A stretch of DNA of 64,000 nucleotides, taken from assembly GCA_019744775.1 (NCBI GenBank), contig JAIETZ010000006.1, positions 41,092-105,091 of the forward strand, written 5' to 3'. A program made the translations under genes and the position numbers. The notes beneath the pieces are model-generated. The model saw nothing but the letters and a program-made list of their open reading frames with translations, searched no databases and had not been told where the DNA came from. This document shows positions 1 through 12,000 of the stretch, piece after piece. This DNA comes from Candidatus Obscuribacterales bacterium. Its GTDB lineage: Bacteria > Cyanobacteriota > Vampirovibrionia > Obscuribacterales > Obscuribacteraceae. Position 1 is the first letter of the stretch, and each line of letters opens with the position of its first letter.

Positions 1-3000
1 GCGGCGAAGTCAGCTTATTAGCGCCAACTGGTCCCATCAACATAACGCCGGCTTCCGGCACTCTAGGCGGCACAACCCTACAAGGGGCAGGTTCAGGAAA
101 AGGTGGCTCGATTACCATGGTCTCCACTACATTGAGCCTAACCAATAATTACATACTCAATGTAAACGGTGGTTCCAGCGGCTCCGGAGGCAGTGTTTCC
201 ATAACCACTTTGGGCTCCACGGGTTCAATTGCCGTAGGCTCATCCAGTGGGCAGTTTGATATCACAGCCAATGGCGGCAGCGGCGCATCGGTCATAGGAG
301 GGAACATCAGACTGTCAGCGGGGCAAAATTTGACCATTACCGCTCCGGCAAGCAATTTGACGGTGGCGCCAACCAGTGGCACCGGTGGCAGCTTAACCCT
401 CATCGCAGGAACAGCAGCCTCAGGCAATCTTTCAGTGTCGGCGGCTTTGAGTGCCAATGCCGGAGGCACAGGCTCCGGTGGCTCTATTACTATCATCACC
501 AATAGCACAACTGCTTTCAACACCAACTCCAATTCCGGAGGCAACGGCGTGACAGGCGGAATTACGGCTAACGCCGCCGGCACCGGATCAGGTGGCTCAA
601 TATCCATCACTAATCTGCAAGGCGGCATTACCGTTTCAAGCCTGACAAGTGTTTCAGCAACAGCAGCAACAACCGGCAAGGGCGGTTCGCTATCTCTTTT
701 TGCGCCATTTGGAGCGATTACAATTACGCCGGCCAGTGGCACGCTGGGAGGAGCAACCGGTTTCAACGGGATAGGCACTACCGGTGGTGGTGGGCTCATA
801 TCCATGTCAGCCGGCAGCTTTTCGCTGACAAATAACTACACTCTTTCGGTCAACTCCGGCGCCTCAGCAATCACCGGCGGCACGGTCAGCTTGACCACCA
901 CCGGACAAGCAGCACCTCTGACAATCGGTTCAGGCAGCGGCGCCTTCGCCATCTCGGCCACAGGTGGTACCAACTCCACTACACCAACAAATATTTCAGT
1001 TTTGACAGCGGGCAATTTAACGATTACTTCGGCCAGCCTCTCCACTACACAAAGCTCTGGACGAGGACCAAACATCGTTTTAACTGCCGGAGTAACCGGT
1101 TCCGGATTTATTGCCGTAACAGGCGGACTTTCCGCCAATGGTGTAACCTCCGGTTCAGGCGGCACGATCACTCTGACAATGAACACCACCAATGTGTTCA
1201 ACGTCGGCGGTGGCGGCACCGGCACAACTGCGGCAATAACAGCAAATGCCGTAGGCACGGGCAATGGTGGCACGATATCCATAAATAATTTAGGCACTGC
1301 CGGAGGCATTTCATTAAGCTCATTAGCCAACGTATCGGTCAATTCATCCACATCAGGCGATGGCGGCAACCTGACACTTTACGTGCCATTCGGAACTCTC
1401 ACTCTTCCCAGCGCAGGTAATTTGTCAGCTAACGCATCAGGAAGCAATTTCAAAGGCGGCAGCATATTTCTACAGAGTTCAGCAATATCCTACAGCTCAA
1501 GTGGTGTCTTAACACTTAATGCCAACGCCGGCACCGGCACGGCCAACGGCGGCAGCATTTCCGTGGTGACTGGCAATCCCACTTCCGACATTACTGTCGG
1601 ATCAAGCTCCGGCAATATCGCACTTTCAGCCAGGGGCGGTCTCACAGGTGGAGACGGAGGCATTATTTTCCTTTCCGCCGGACGCAATTTGACAATTGAT
1701 CCCTCGGGCACCAACTTTGTTGTCGGTCCCCAAGCTGGAACCGGCAAGGGTGCCGATATAACTTTCCGCGCTGATTCAGCCGGCGCCGGAACAGTAAGAA
1801 TAACCGGCACGACTTCCTTCTCCGCCAATGGGCTGGGCTCCGGAAACGGCGGGAAAATAAGCATCAGCTCGGGCAATATCATTGACCTAAGCGCCTTATC
1901 CAGCCTATCCGTCAATGGTGGCACAAGTGGTTCCGGTGGTCAGCTGAGCCTTGAAACTTCATCATTCAGTTATCCCGCCTCAGCAGCACTGGCAATTAAT
2001 GCTAACGGCAACTCGTCGGGCAACGGTGGCATCATAACAATCAGCACCACCAATGCCGCGGTGAGTGTGGGCAGCTCAGCCGGCAATATCTCCATTTCTG
2101 CCGTGAGTGGTGCAAGTGGCGGCAACGGCGGTCAAGTGACGATATCATCAGGACAAGGTCTGACGATTAATGCCGCCTCTCTAAGCCTCGGTCCGCAAGG
2201 CACAAATGGTAATGGCGCAGTGCTTGCACTTTCAGCCGGCACAACAGACACCAACATATTGACGCTCACCGGTTCGCTTCTCGGACTGAGTGGTGCTGGA
2301 ACAGGCTTAGCAGGACAACTGACTCTAACATCAGCTCATAACGGCACTCTGACTATCGGTAACGCCACCATAGCCGCCAATGCCGGAAGCACAAGCAATG
2401 GTAATGGCGGACAAATTCTCATCACTTCCGGGACCGGCAGCCTGACAATGTCCAACACAGCGCTCTCGGCAAACGGTGCCGGCACTGGCGCGGGTGGCTT
2501 AATTTCTCTAACTGGAGGCAGCACAAGCATCGCTTCCGGCACCATAACAGCTGCAGCCGGCGCAACATCCGGCAACGGCGGACAGCTGACGCTATCAAGC
2601 ACTATTCTCAGCATAAGTGGTGGCACACTGGCATTGAGTGCAAATGGCACAGGCACAGGCAACGGTGGCAGTATCTCCATCGCAAGCACCAGCACTTTCA
2701 CCGGCTTTGCCATCGGTAGCGCCAGCGGCAATCTGACAATTTCGGCAGTCAGTGGCGCAGGCGGCGGCAACGGCGGAACAGTTTCCTTAGTTTCCGGCTG
2801 GGATCTGTCCATTGACCCCAGCGGCGGCAATTTAAATATCGGACCGCAGGGATCTTACGGCAATGGTGCACTATTAACACTTTCAGCCGGGCGCAATCTT
2901 GCTATAAGCTCTACTTTGTCGGTCAACGGCATAGGCGCAGGCTCAGGCGGCAGCGTCAGCATAAATACCTCAAGCGTCACCACATTTACAATAGGCTCGA

Positions 3001-6000
3001 GCACCACCAATGGTGTCAACGGCAATATCACGGCCAATGCCGGCTCAACTTATGGCAGCAGTGGCGGGTCAATTGCCATTACAAATAACGGTTCGGGCGG
3101 GATTACACTTAATGCTTTCAACAACCTCTCCGTTGCAGGCGCCAGCGGCGGCGGCACAACAGGAAGCATCACTTTGAAGGCCATTAATTCGCTGTTGACA
3201 CTTCCTTCAGGCACATGGAACATGAGCGCCACTGCCGGAACCTCGCCCTCACCAGGAGTGGGCAGCGGTAATTTCGACGGCGGCAAACTCACTCTCCAAG
3301 GCAATACTTTGTCTTTCTCCGGAACACTCACTCTCAATGCCGATGCTGTCGCCTCCGGCAATGGCGGCAACGTCTCCATAACCACGACAACAAACCTGGC
3401 ATCCACCGTCACAATAGGCGTGGGCAGCATTGTTGTTTCCGCCCAGGGAGGCTCGGCCGGCTCATCAATGGGCAACGGCGGAACAATCGCCATAACCGCC
3501 TCTCAGAATTTAATAGTCAACACACCCTCGTCAAGCTTGTTGGCCGGTCCCCTGGGACGAAACGGCAATGGCGCCAATATTTCACTAGTGGCTGCCGGTC
3601 AAAATTTATTTATTTCCGGTTCTTCTCTATCGGTCAACGCATCCCAGAGTGCCGGAGCAATCGGCTACGGCGGCAGCATCACGTTAGTATCGAACAGCAA
3701 TACCGTATTCAACGTTGCCGCAGGCGCCACCATTAACGGCTTTGATCTTGCCGCTCCTGCAATTACTGCCGCAGGCGGTGCCGGCTCGGGGGCAGGCGGT
3801 TCAATTACTATAAGAAACATAAGCACAGGTGGTATCAGTATAAGTGCCGGCAACAGTCTCACGGTGACTCCTGTCAGCGGCAAAGGCGGCACAATTGTGC
3901 TCGACACATCAAACGGAGTCGGCGGAGTGGCCAATGGTGCAATTACATTGCCCGGCAATGCCACAATAAATGTAAATGCCGTTTCAGCAAGTGGGGATTT
4001 CGCCGGAGGCAACTACGTAATCAATGGATCAACTGTCACCACTTCCTCGGCAAATCCGGTCACCATACAGGCTAGGGGTATTAACTTCGGTAATGGCGGA
4101 GCGGTTTCGGTAACTGCTGCAAGCGGGGGACTGACTATCAATAGCACCGCCGCCGTGGGCAACATTATCATTTCTGCCGTGAGCGGCACAAATGGTGGCA
4201 ATGGTGGTTCCGTCAACTTAAAGGCCGGAGGCAACATCACAATAACCACCCCCAACAGCAATTTAAATGTGGCGCCTGCGGTCAATGGCAATGGTGGCTC
4301 TATTACTCTCAATGCCACCAATGTCGTTGTTAACACCAGCGGCTTCACCACAGTCACCCAGGGAATGGGCTTCGGTGCAGGCGGCACAGTTTCAATCACC
4401 ACCAATAGTTCAACAGCATTCAACGTGGGCACCGCCGGCACCAATGGCATAGCAGGCGGCATCAATGTCAGTGCCGGCAGCACATCAGGCAACGCCGGCA
4501 GCATAAGCATCATTAACAATGGCGGAGGAATTACAGTCGGTGCTGTCGGCAACCTCACGGCAACTGCCTCATCAGGAGGAGGAAGAGGCGGGTCAATAAC
4601 ACTCACCGCCAATGGAGCCCTGAGCCTACCGACAGGCACTTACGCGGTAAATTCCGTCGGCAATAATGTTGGTGGTCAACTCAACTTTGCAGGGACAAGT
4701 CTGACAGTAAGCGGAGGCACATTGCTCACGCTACAAGGAAATGGTTCGGGCACCGGCAATGGTGGCGCCATAAGTTTAAACACCGGCAGTACAGCTGTGA
4801 CCGTAGGCGCAAGCAATGTCAACATGTCGGCCAATGGTGGCACCAACCTTTCAGACTCCGGCGATGCCGGAAGTTTGACGATTATTTCCACCGGCAACTT
4901 GACTGTTGCCTCCGCCAGCTTGAGCGCCAGACCTTTAGGCACCAACGGCGCCGGCGGCACTTTCAACCTGACGGGAGCTAATGTTGCCATCACTGGTGCC
5001 TTGAGTGCTGCCGGATCAGGCATAGGAGCCGGCGGACAAATAAATATTACCTCTAACAGCTCATCTGCTTTCAATATCGGCGGAGGAACAGGCGCCTCCG
5101 GAACCAACGGATCAAACGCAGCCATAACAGCAAATGGCGGCAATGGTGTTTCGCCGTCAGGAGTTAACGGTGGCGCAATTGCTATTAGAAACAACGGCTC
5201 AGGCGGCATAACCCTGCCGTCAATAGCAAATATTTCAGTCAATCCATCAGGACAGGGCGGCGCCGGCGGCACCCTGCAATTTACAGCAACACAATCAACG
5301 GCAGTATTGTCACTACCCAATGGAACGTTTTCCGTAAATGCCATAGGAACAGGCGATTTCAACGCCGGCAAAATCATCATTAATGTAGGTCAAGTTTCAG
5401 TCGGCTCAGGAGCGCCGCTTCTTTTGGCGGCAAACGCCACTGGGGCAGGAGCCGGCGGCACTGTTTCAGTGACAACCACAAACAGCACAAGTTTAGGTGC
5501 GCTGACAATTGGTTCTGCCAGCCAGAATCTTCAAATATCTGCCTTTGGTGGTGCGGTCGGCACTGATAGTTCCGGCACGGCAATTGCCAATGGCCAAATT
5601 ACCTTATCAGCAGCCAACGCCCTCAATATCAACTTAAGCAATATCAACGCAGCCGGCCCCGATTCAGTCAACGGCAACGGTGCCAGCCTCACACTAGCTG
5701 CCGGCACTGGTGCCCCCGCCAACTTGCAGGTGACTAACGGCAGCATTATTGCTGATGCCACCGGCAATGGAATAGCCGGCAATGTCAGCATTACTTACAA
5801 CTCGGCAAGCCCGTTTGTTATTGGCGGAACTATCACAGCAAGCGGCATCAGCGGCAACATATCCGCGAGCACTGCCGGCACCGGTAGAGCCGGCAGCGTC
5901 AGCATTACCAATACCAATGCCAGCGCTTTGAACGTCACCTTAACAGGCAACATATCGGCAAATTCCGCCCTTGGCGCACCCGGCCAAATCAACTTCACAC

Positions 6001-9000
6001 CGGCATCCGGGCAAGCTGTTAACAGTGTATCCGGCGCCGGCTACTTGAACGGCACGGTAAATGCCGGCGGCACATCGGTGACGATTAACCCGCAAACATC
6101 GGGAGCGGCCCTCATTTTGGGCACAATTGCCACCACAACAGGCAACGCTACGCTCACTAATAACATAGGCGGCGCCGCCGTCTTTATGTCCGCCACCGGT
6201 TCAATCACATCCGGCGGCACTGGACAGGTATCAGTAACAGGCGGCACTGTCACCTTCTACGGATTGGTCAGCGCAGCCACCTCTGCCACCATCTCCTCAT
6301 CAGGCATATCATCAGTGTCCAATGTCAGTGCCGCCAATGGCGCAGTCACTATTACAGGTGTGGGCAATATGCAAATTTTGCCTGGTAGCACAGTAGCAAG
6401 CAACAACGGAAACATAAAGCTTCAAAACACCAGCACCACAACAGGGACAGTAACGATAGGGCAGGCGGCAACGCTTAATGCCACAGAAGGCAATTTGACT
6501 ATCGAAAACGACAATACTTCAAGTGGTACCATTGCCGTAGCTGCCAATGCTACATTGTCCGCATCGACAGCAAGCACTTTCCTCGGCAGCGTCTATGTGG
6601 TTATCGGTCCACCACCGGCTGTTCCTGTGGCCGGCACGGCTCCGGCCAACACAGTAGCCACTGCCACCAATCTAGGCTTAATTTACTTCGGCACAAATAG
6701 TATTTCCGATACAGCGCCGACGAATAACGTCAACGCCAATGGCGGCATTGTCATCTTCAACACCGGCAGCCGCCCCGCCTCAGCTATTAACCTTGGCGGC
6801 AGCGTCACCGTCAACTCAACTACAGGCTCACAACTTCTCACCAGTCTGGATCTTACCGATCCGGCAGTGACCAGTCAGATTATCAATTTGCAAACAACCT
6901 TTAGAGCTGGTGGCACTCTCACTGTAAATGGTGGTGGTGTTGCCACAGGCGGTAACGCGATAATCACCCCCTCCAACCTGGCTTCTTCGCTCACAGCACA
7001 AAACATCCCTGCCAGTGTAACGCTTACTCAACAAGGATTTACCGCCTTAAATCCAATCACCATAAATATCACAGCCGCCAGCCACACAACGCAAGTAATT
7101 ATTTCCGGCACCAATCAGTTCCTAAATTCCGGTGCATCCAATGCTGTAATAACCGTCAACTCCAACCAAGCCGGACCGGTTGTCTTAATGAACAGCACCG
7201 GCGTTTTATCCAGCGACGGCAATTTATCATTGACCGCCAATGGCAATATGACGATAAACGCGGCAATGCCTGTAGCTTCAACCGGCACTCTCAGTCTGGC
7301 AACGACAGGCAACGGTTCCATAGCTCTTGGTGCCAATATCGGCACAGTCGGCGCCACCACCAACTTACAAGTTAGCGGTTCAGGCACCATTTCGCAATCG
7401 GCCGGACGCGTGTTTGGCTCGCTGGTCAATTTATCATCAGACACAGGCAACATATTCGGCACAAGCAACAGCCCATCAACACCAATTTTAACTACAGCCA
7501 CTAACACCCTGACCGTCAATACTACTGCCGGCGGCTCCGGCAGTGCCTACGTCTCCAATGCCGGAGCTATCTCTATAGGCACGTCTCTTGTGGGCAATAG
7601 TTTGCAAATTGCCACGACTGGAGCAAACGCACATTTAACAAACAGCGGCACGGTGACCGCCAACACCGGTCTTTTGCAATTGAGCGCCAACGGCAACCTC
7701 ACCACATCGTATGCCCTATCCGGCAACACACTTAATATGCAAACGACATCAGGCAGTGGAGCAATTACTCTCAATGCCGATGCAGTAGGAACAAACGGAG
7801 CAACAGTGTCCTGTTGCGCATCCACATTTACAATTGCTGCCGGACAAACCTTATCCACAAGCAATGCAGCCATCTCCATCACAGCAACAGACATAGTACT
7901 GTCCGGCTCGGTGAACGCAGGCACAAGTACTGTGTCTCTCATTCCCTGCACTAACTCTCAAGCTATTCGTGTTGGAGGAGCAACAGCTGTCGGTGGCAGT
8001 TTTAACGCCACTGCAAGCAACTTGAATTCCATAACGGCAAGTGCCGTGACTATAGGGTCCGCCTCAGGAACAGGCGGCATAACACTTGCCGGCAATTTAA
8101 CAATGCCTGCATCCGGAACCCCCGGTGTTACTGCCGGACTCTACGATCTCAATCTCCTTAACGGTGGAGCAGGCGGCACATACAACGGCTCAGGCAACAG
8201 CATTAACATGCAGGGTGAAAGCCTGACAATTACAACCGCCGGCGCACTCAACACCGGAGCCGGCTCAATACTTACATCGACAGGCGTAATTAACTTAACA
8301 GGCGCAGGTGTGACAATAGGCACAGGCGGCATAAGCCAATCCGGAGCATCCACAATAAATATCGCCACGCCTGGTGCCAGCACGGCCAATATTACATTCA
8401 ACGGCACAGTCTCCACAGCTGCCGGCGGCACGGTCAATGTTACATCGAACAGCAGCGGCAATATAGTTGATGGCACAGGTGTCGGCGGCACCGCAGTAGC
8501 CGGAGGTTCATTAGTTGTCCGAGCCACCGGTACAGGAAGCGTTGGTTCGGCAGGCACGCCGTTTTCGACTACAGCTACAAACTTGACCGCCAATGCAACA
8601 GGTGGATCGGTATTCATCAACAATACAAGCTCAAGCACGGTCAATTTACAAAACGCCGCTGTCGGCGGCACACAAAATGCTGCTGCCGTAACTTACAGTG
8701 TGACTGCGGCACAGAATCTAACAACGGTGGACAGCTTCGGCACAATTAGAAATGTATCCCTTGTCTCAACAAACGGTGTTGTCGACTTAACAGGCATCTT
8801 ATCGACCGGGACCATCAGTAACAGCGGTGGCAACTTCACCGTCAGCGCCGGAACAAATATCGTTGCTCCCGGCGACGTATCACCAACCACGCTCAATACG
8901 ACAGGTGCCGCCGGCACAAACGGCACCTCCGGTGGTGCAGGAACAATTGGCGGCAATATAACATTGACCGCCGGCACCATATCTAATTCCGGCTTCATCG

Positions 9001-12000
9001 ACTTGCCCAATCTCACCTTAACAAGCAACGGCGGACAAGGCGGCACTGCCAGTTCCTCGGGCAACACCGGCGGACTGGGCGGCAACGGCGGCACCGTAAG
9101 CGTCAGTGCCACAGGAGCAATCACGCTAGCGGCCATCAACAACAATGGTGGATTGGGCGGCAACAACACAAGCACATCAGGCGGCACAGGGGGCCGTGGC
9201 GGCAATGGCGGCTCTACCACCGTCAACTCGACAGTATCAGGAGCAGTAACTTTAGGCGCCCTTTCGGTTGCCGGCGCCTTAGGTGGTAACGGATCTTCCA
9301 GCGGCAGCAACGGCACCGGCGGCAGAGGCGGCAATGGTGGCACGCTGACAGTTACCAGCAATTCAGGCACAGTCGGCATTACCGGAAATCTCTCTACTGC
9401 CGGAGCCAATGGCGGACCGGGAGCAACCCAAGGCATTGGTGGCACAGGCGGTAATCAGTCTATAACCACCACGAATTTCGGCTCTATTGCCATCGTCGGC
9501 AATCTGACATCCTCCGGCGGCACAGGATCAACTGTTGGTCAACCTGGAGCTATTACAGTTAGCGCCAACAGCAACTTTGCCGGTCAAGGCTTTGCCGGTC
9601 CATCAAGCCCGGTAGGAATTAACGGTTATATAGTTGCCCAAGCTGGCGGTACCAGCCGCAGTGCTATAAACGGAACTGCCGGAATAATCACCTTGTCCGG
9701 CAATGATGTGGCCATTTACGGGACAACGCTAAATGTCAGCGGCACCAATTACAGCATCTATGGCGGGCGCCTCGTGAACATCACTTCCCCGGGAGCCAAA
9801 CTGCCTCAGAATTATTCCTCCGCAAGCAATCTAAGCTCGACAAACATTATTACCAATCCCATTACGGCAGTAGGTTTTGATGCCTATGATCCCGGTGCTA
9901 CATTTACGCTGGGCACAAGCGGCAGCACAGGCAATATTGCCAGCCGCATAAACGGCACCAACGATACAATTACAATCAACACTTCACCAAATGCCGGTCA
10001 CCCTGCCGCGCGCAACATTCTTGATTCATCACCGCAAGTCTTTACGGGCGGCTCAGCTGTTTTTACTTACAAGGACAGCGCCAATGTCGTACACAGCGTC
10101 ACGCAATCAAGCTCGATCACAGCTGCGGAACTTATCGCGCTCATTCAAACTCAGTACTCAAGCAGCCAGACACTGATAGTTGATACCACGAGTACACCTA
10201 TAGCCACAGGCGGCAGCTTCAATATTGCCGCAGTAAATTTCCCGACAGCCACCGATAATGGCGGCAACTTCTCCACTCTTGTCATACCGGCATCAGTTAC
10301 AGCAAATGTTGTCACCACTACCATCATTCCAGCCAACGGTTCTACAGTAGGGCCAATAACCGTAAGCGGCACATTGAGCTTTAATGCCATATCCGGCGGC
10401 TCATCAGGCGGCATCAATGCCGCCGGCAATATTACGACCGCCGGCACAGGCATAATAACAAGTTCTCAGACGGGCACGGTTAGCCTAACCTCAACTGCCA
10501 ACAGCATCGGTTCATTGGCAACACCACTTGCTATAAACCTTTCCAATCTCACACTGAATGCCGCCAATGGTTCGGTTTTTGCCAATAACCAACTGGCAGC
10601 CGGTGACATTACAATAGGCAATTCCAGTGCAAACAGCTCAACGGGTTCATTCTGCTTTAATGCCACCACCACTTCAGGCAATATACTCTCGGCCTCATCA
10701 ACGACAATTTCGGCCTCCAAGGTTGGTCTTTCAACAGCTAACGGCAATATCGGCACCGCCACATCCCTTGTTTCCCTCAACACTCCCGTGCTTTCGGCTT
10801 CGGCACCAAACGGCTCATCCTATATAACAGACAGCGCCAGGGTCACATTGCAGGACTGCTGCTCAATCGCCAATGGTGTCTCAGCTTCCGGCATCTTTTA
10901 TCTGATTGACACAAACAATGCCGGTGCCGGCACCACGGCAATTGCCTTCTCCGGACCAACGGCAATTTCTGCAGGATCTCTTGTCTTGCGCGCCAGCGTC
11001 TCCGGTGACATAGGCTCTGCCGGCACACCAATTGTCACTACCGCCGGCAATATAACAGCAAACGCCGTAGCCGGATCCGTCTACATTAACGATACAAGTT
11101 CGGCCAACGTAAACCTGCAAAACACCAACGTCAACGGCGTAATTCAAAATTCCGCCAGCGTCGTTTTCAGTCTTACGACATCCCAAAGCCTGACTACGGT
11201 CAATGCCTTCAGCTCTATAAGAAGCGTCGCACTTACTTCAACTAACGCCGCTGTAGATTTGACAGGCACCTTATCATCCGGCACTATCTCAACCAATGGT
11301 GGTTCATTTACGGTAAGCGCAGGCACAGATATCCTTGCCCCGGGAGATATAACTCCAACTACGCTCAACACCACAGGCACCAATGGATCCAACGGCACAT
11401 CGACAGGTGGCAACGGCACCATTGGCGGTGCAATTACACTTACCGCCGGAACAGGGTCCGGTACAGGCACCATAAATCTTCCCAATCTTTCCTTAGTAGC
11501 AACCGGCAGCAATGGTGGCACAGCCAGCAGTGCAGGCGGCACAGGCGGTCAGGGTGGAGCAGGCGGCACGATAAGCATAAGCACTCCCGGCTCGATAACG
11601 CTATCGGCAATTACCAGCAATGGCGGCACAGGCGGCAACAACACCAATGCCTCAGGAGGCACCGGTGGATTAGGCGGCAATGCAGGGTCCGTTACCATCA
11701 ATTCAACAAACAGCGGCACAATTACTTTAGGGGCACTTTCGGCAAGCGGCAGCGTCGGCGGTAACGGCTCAAGTGGTTCTGTCGGTATAGGCGGCAAGGG
11801 TGGCAACGGCGGCTCGCTTACCGTGACCAGCGCATCCGGAGCAGTAAGCACAACGGGAAATATCACCACAACAGGAGCTAATGGCGGCACGGGAACAACT
11901 CAAGGCAATGGTGGCACCGGCGGTGCCCAGTCGATTACAACCACCAATCTAGGCTCTATTGCCATAACAGGCAATCTCACTTCCTCCGGTGGCACAGGAC

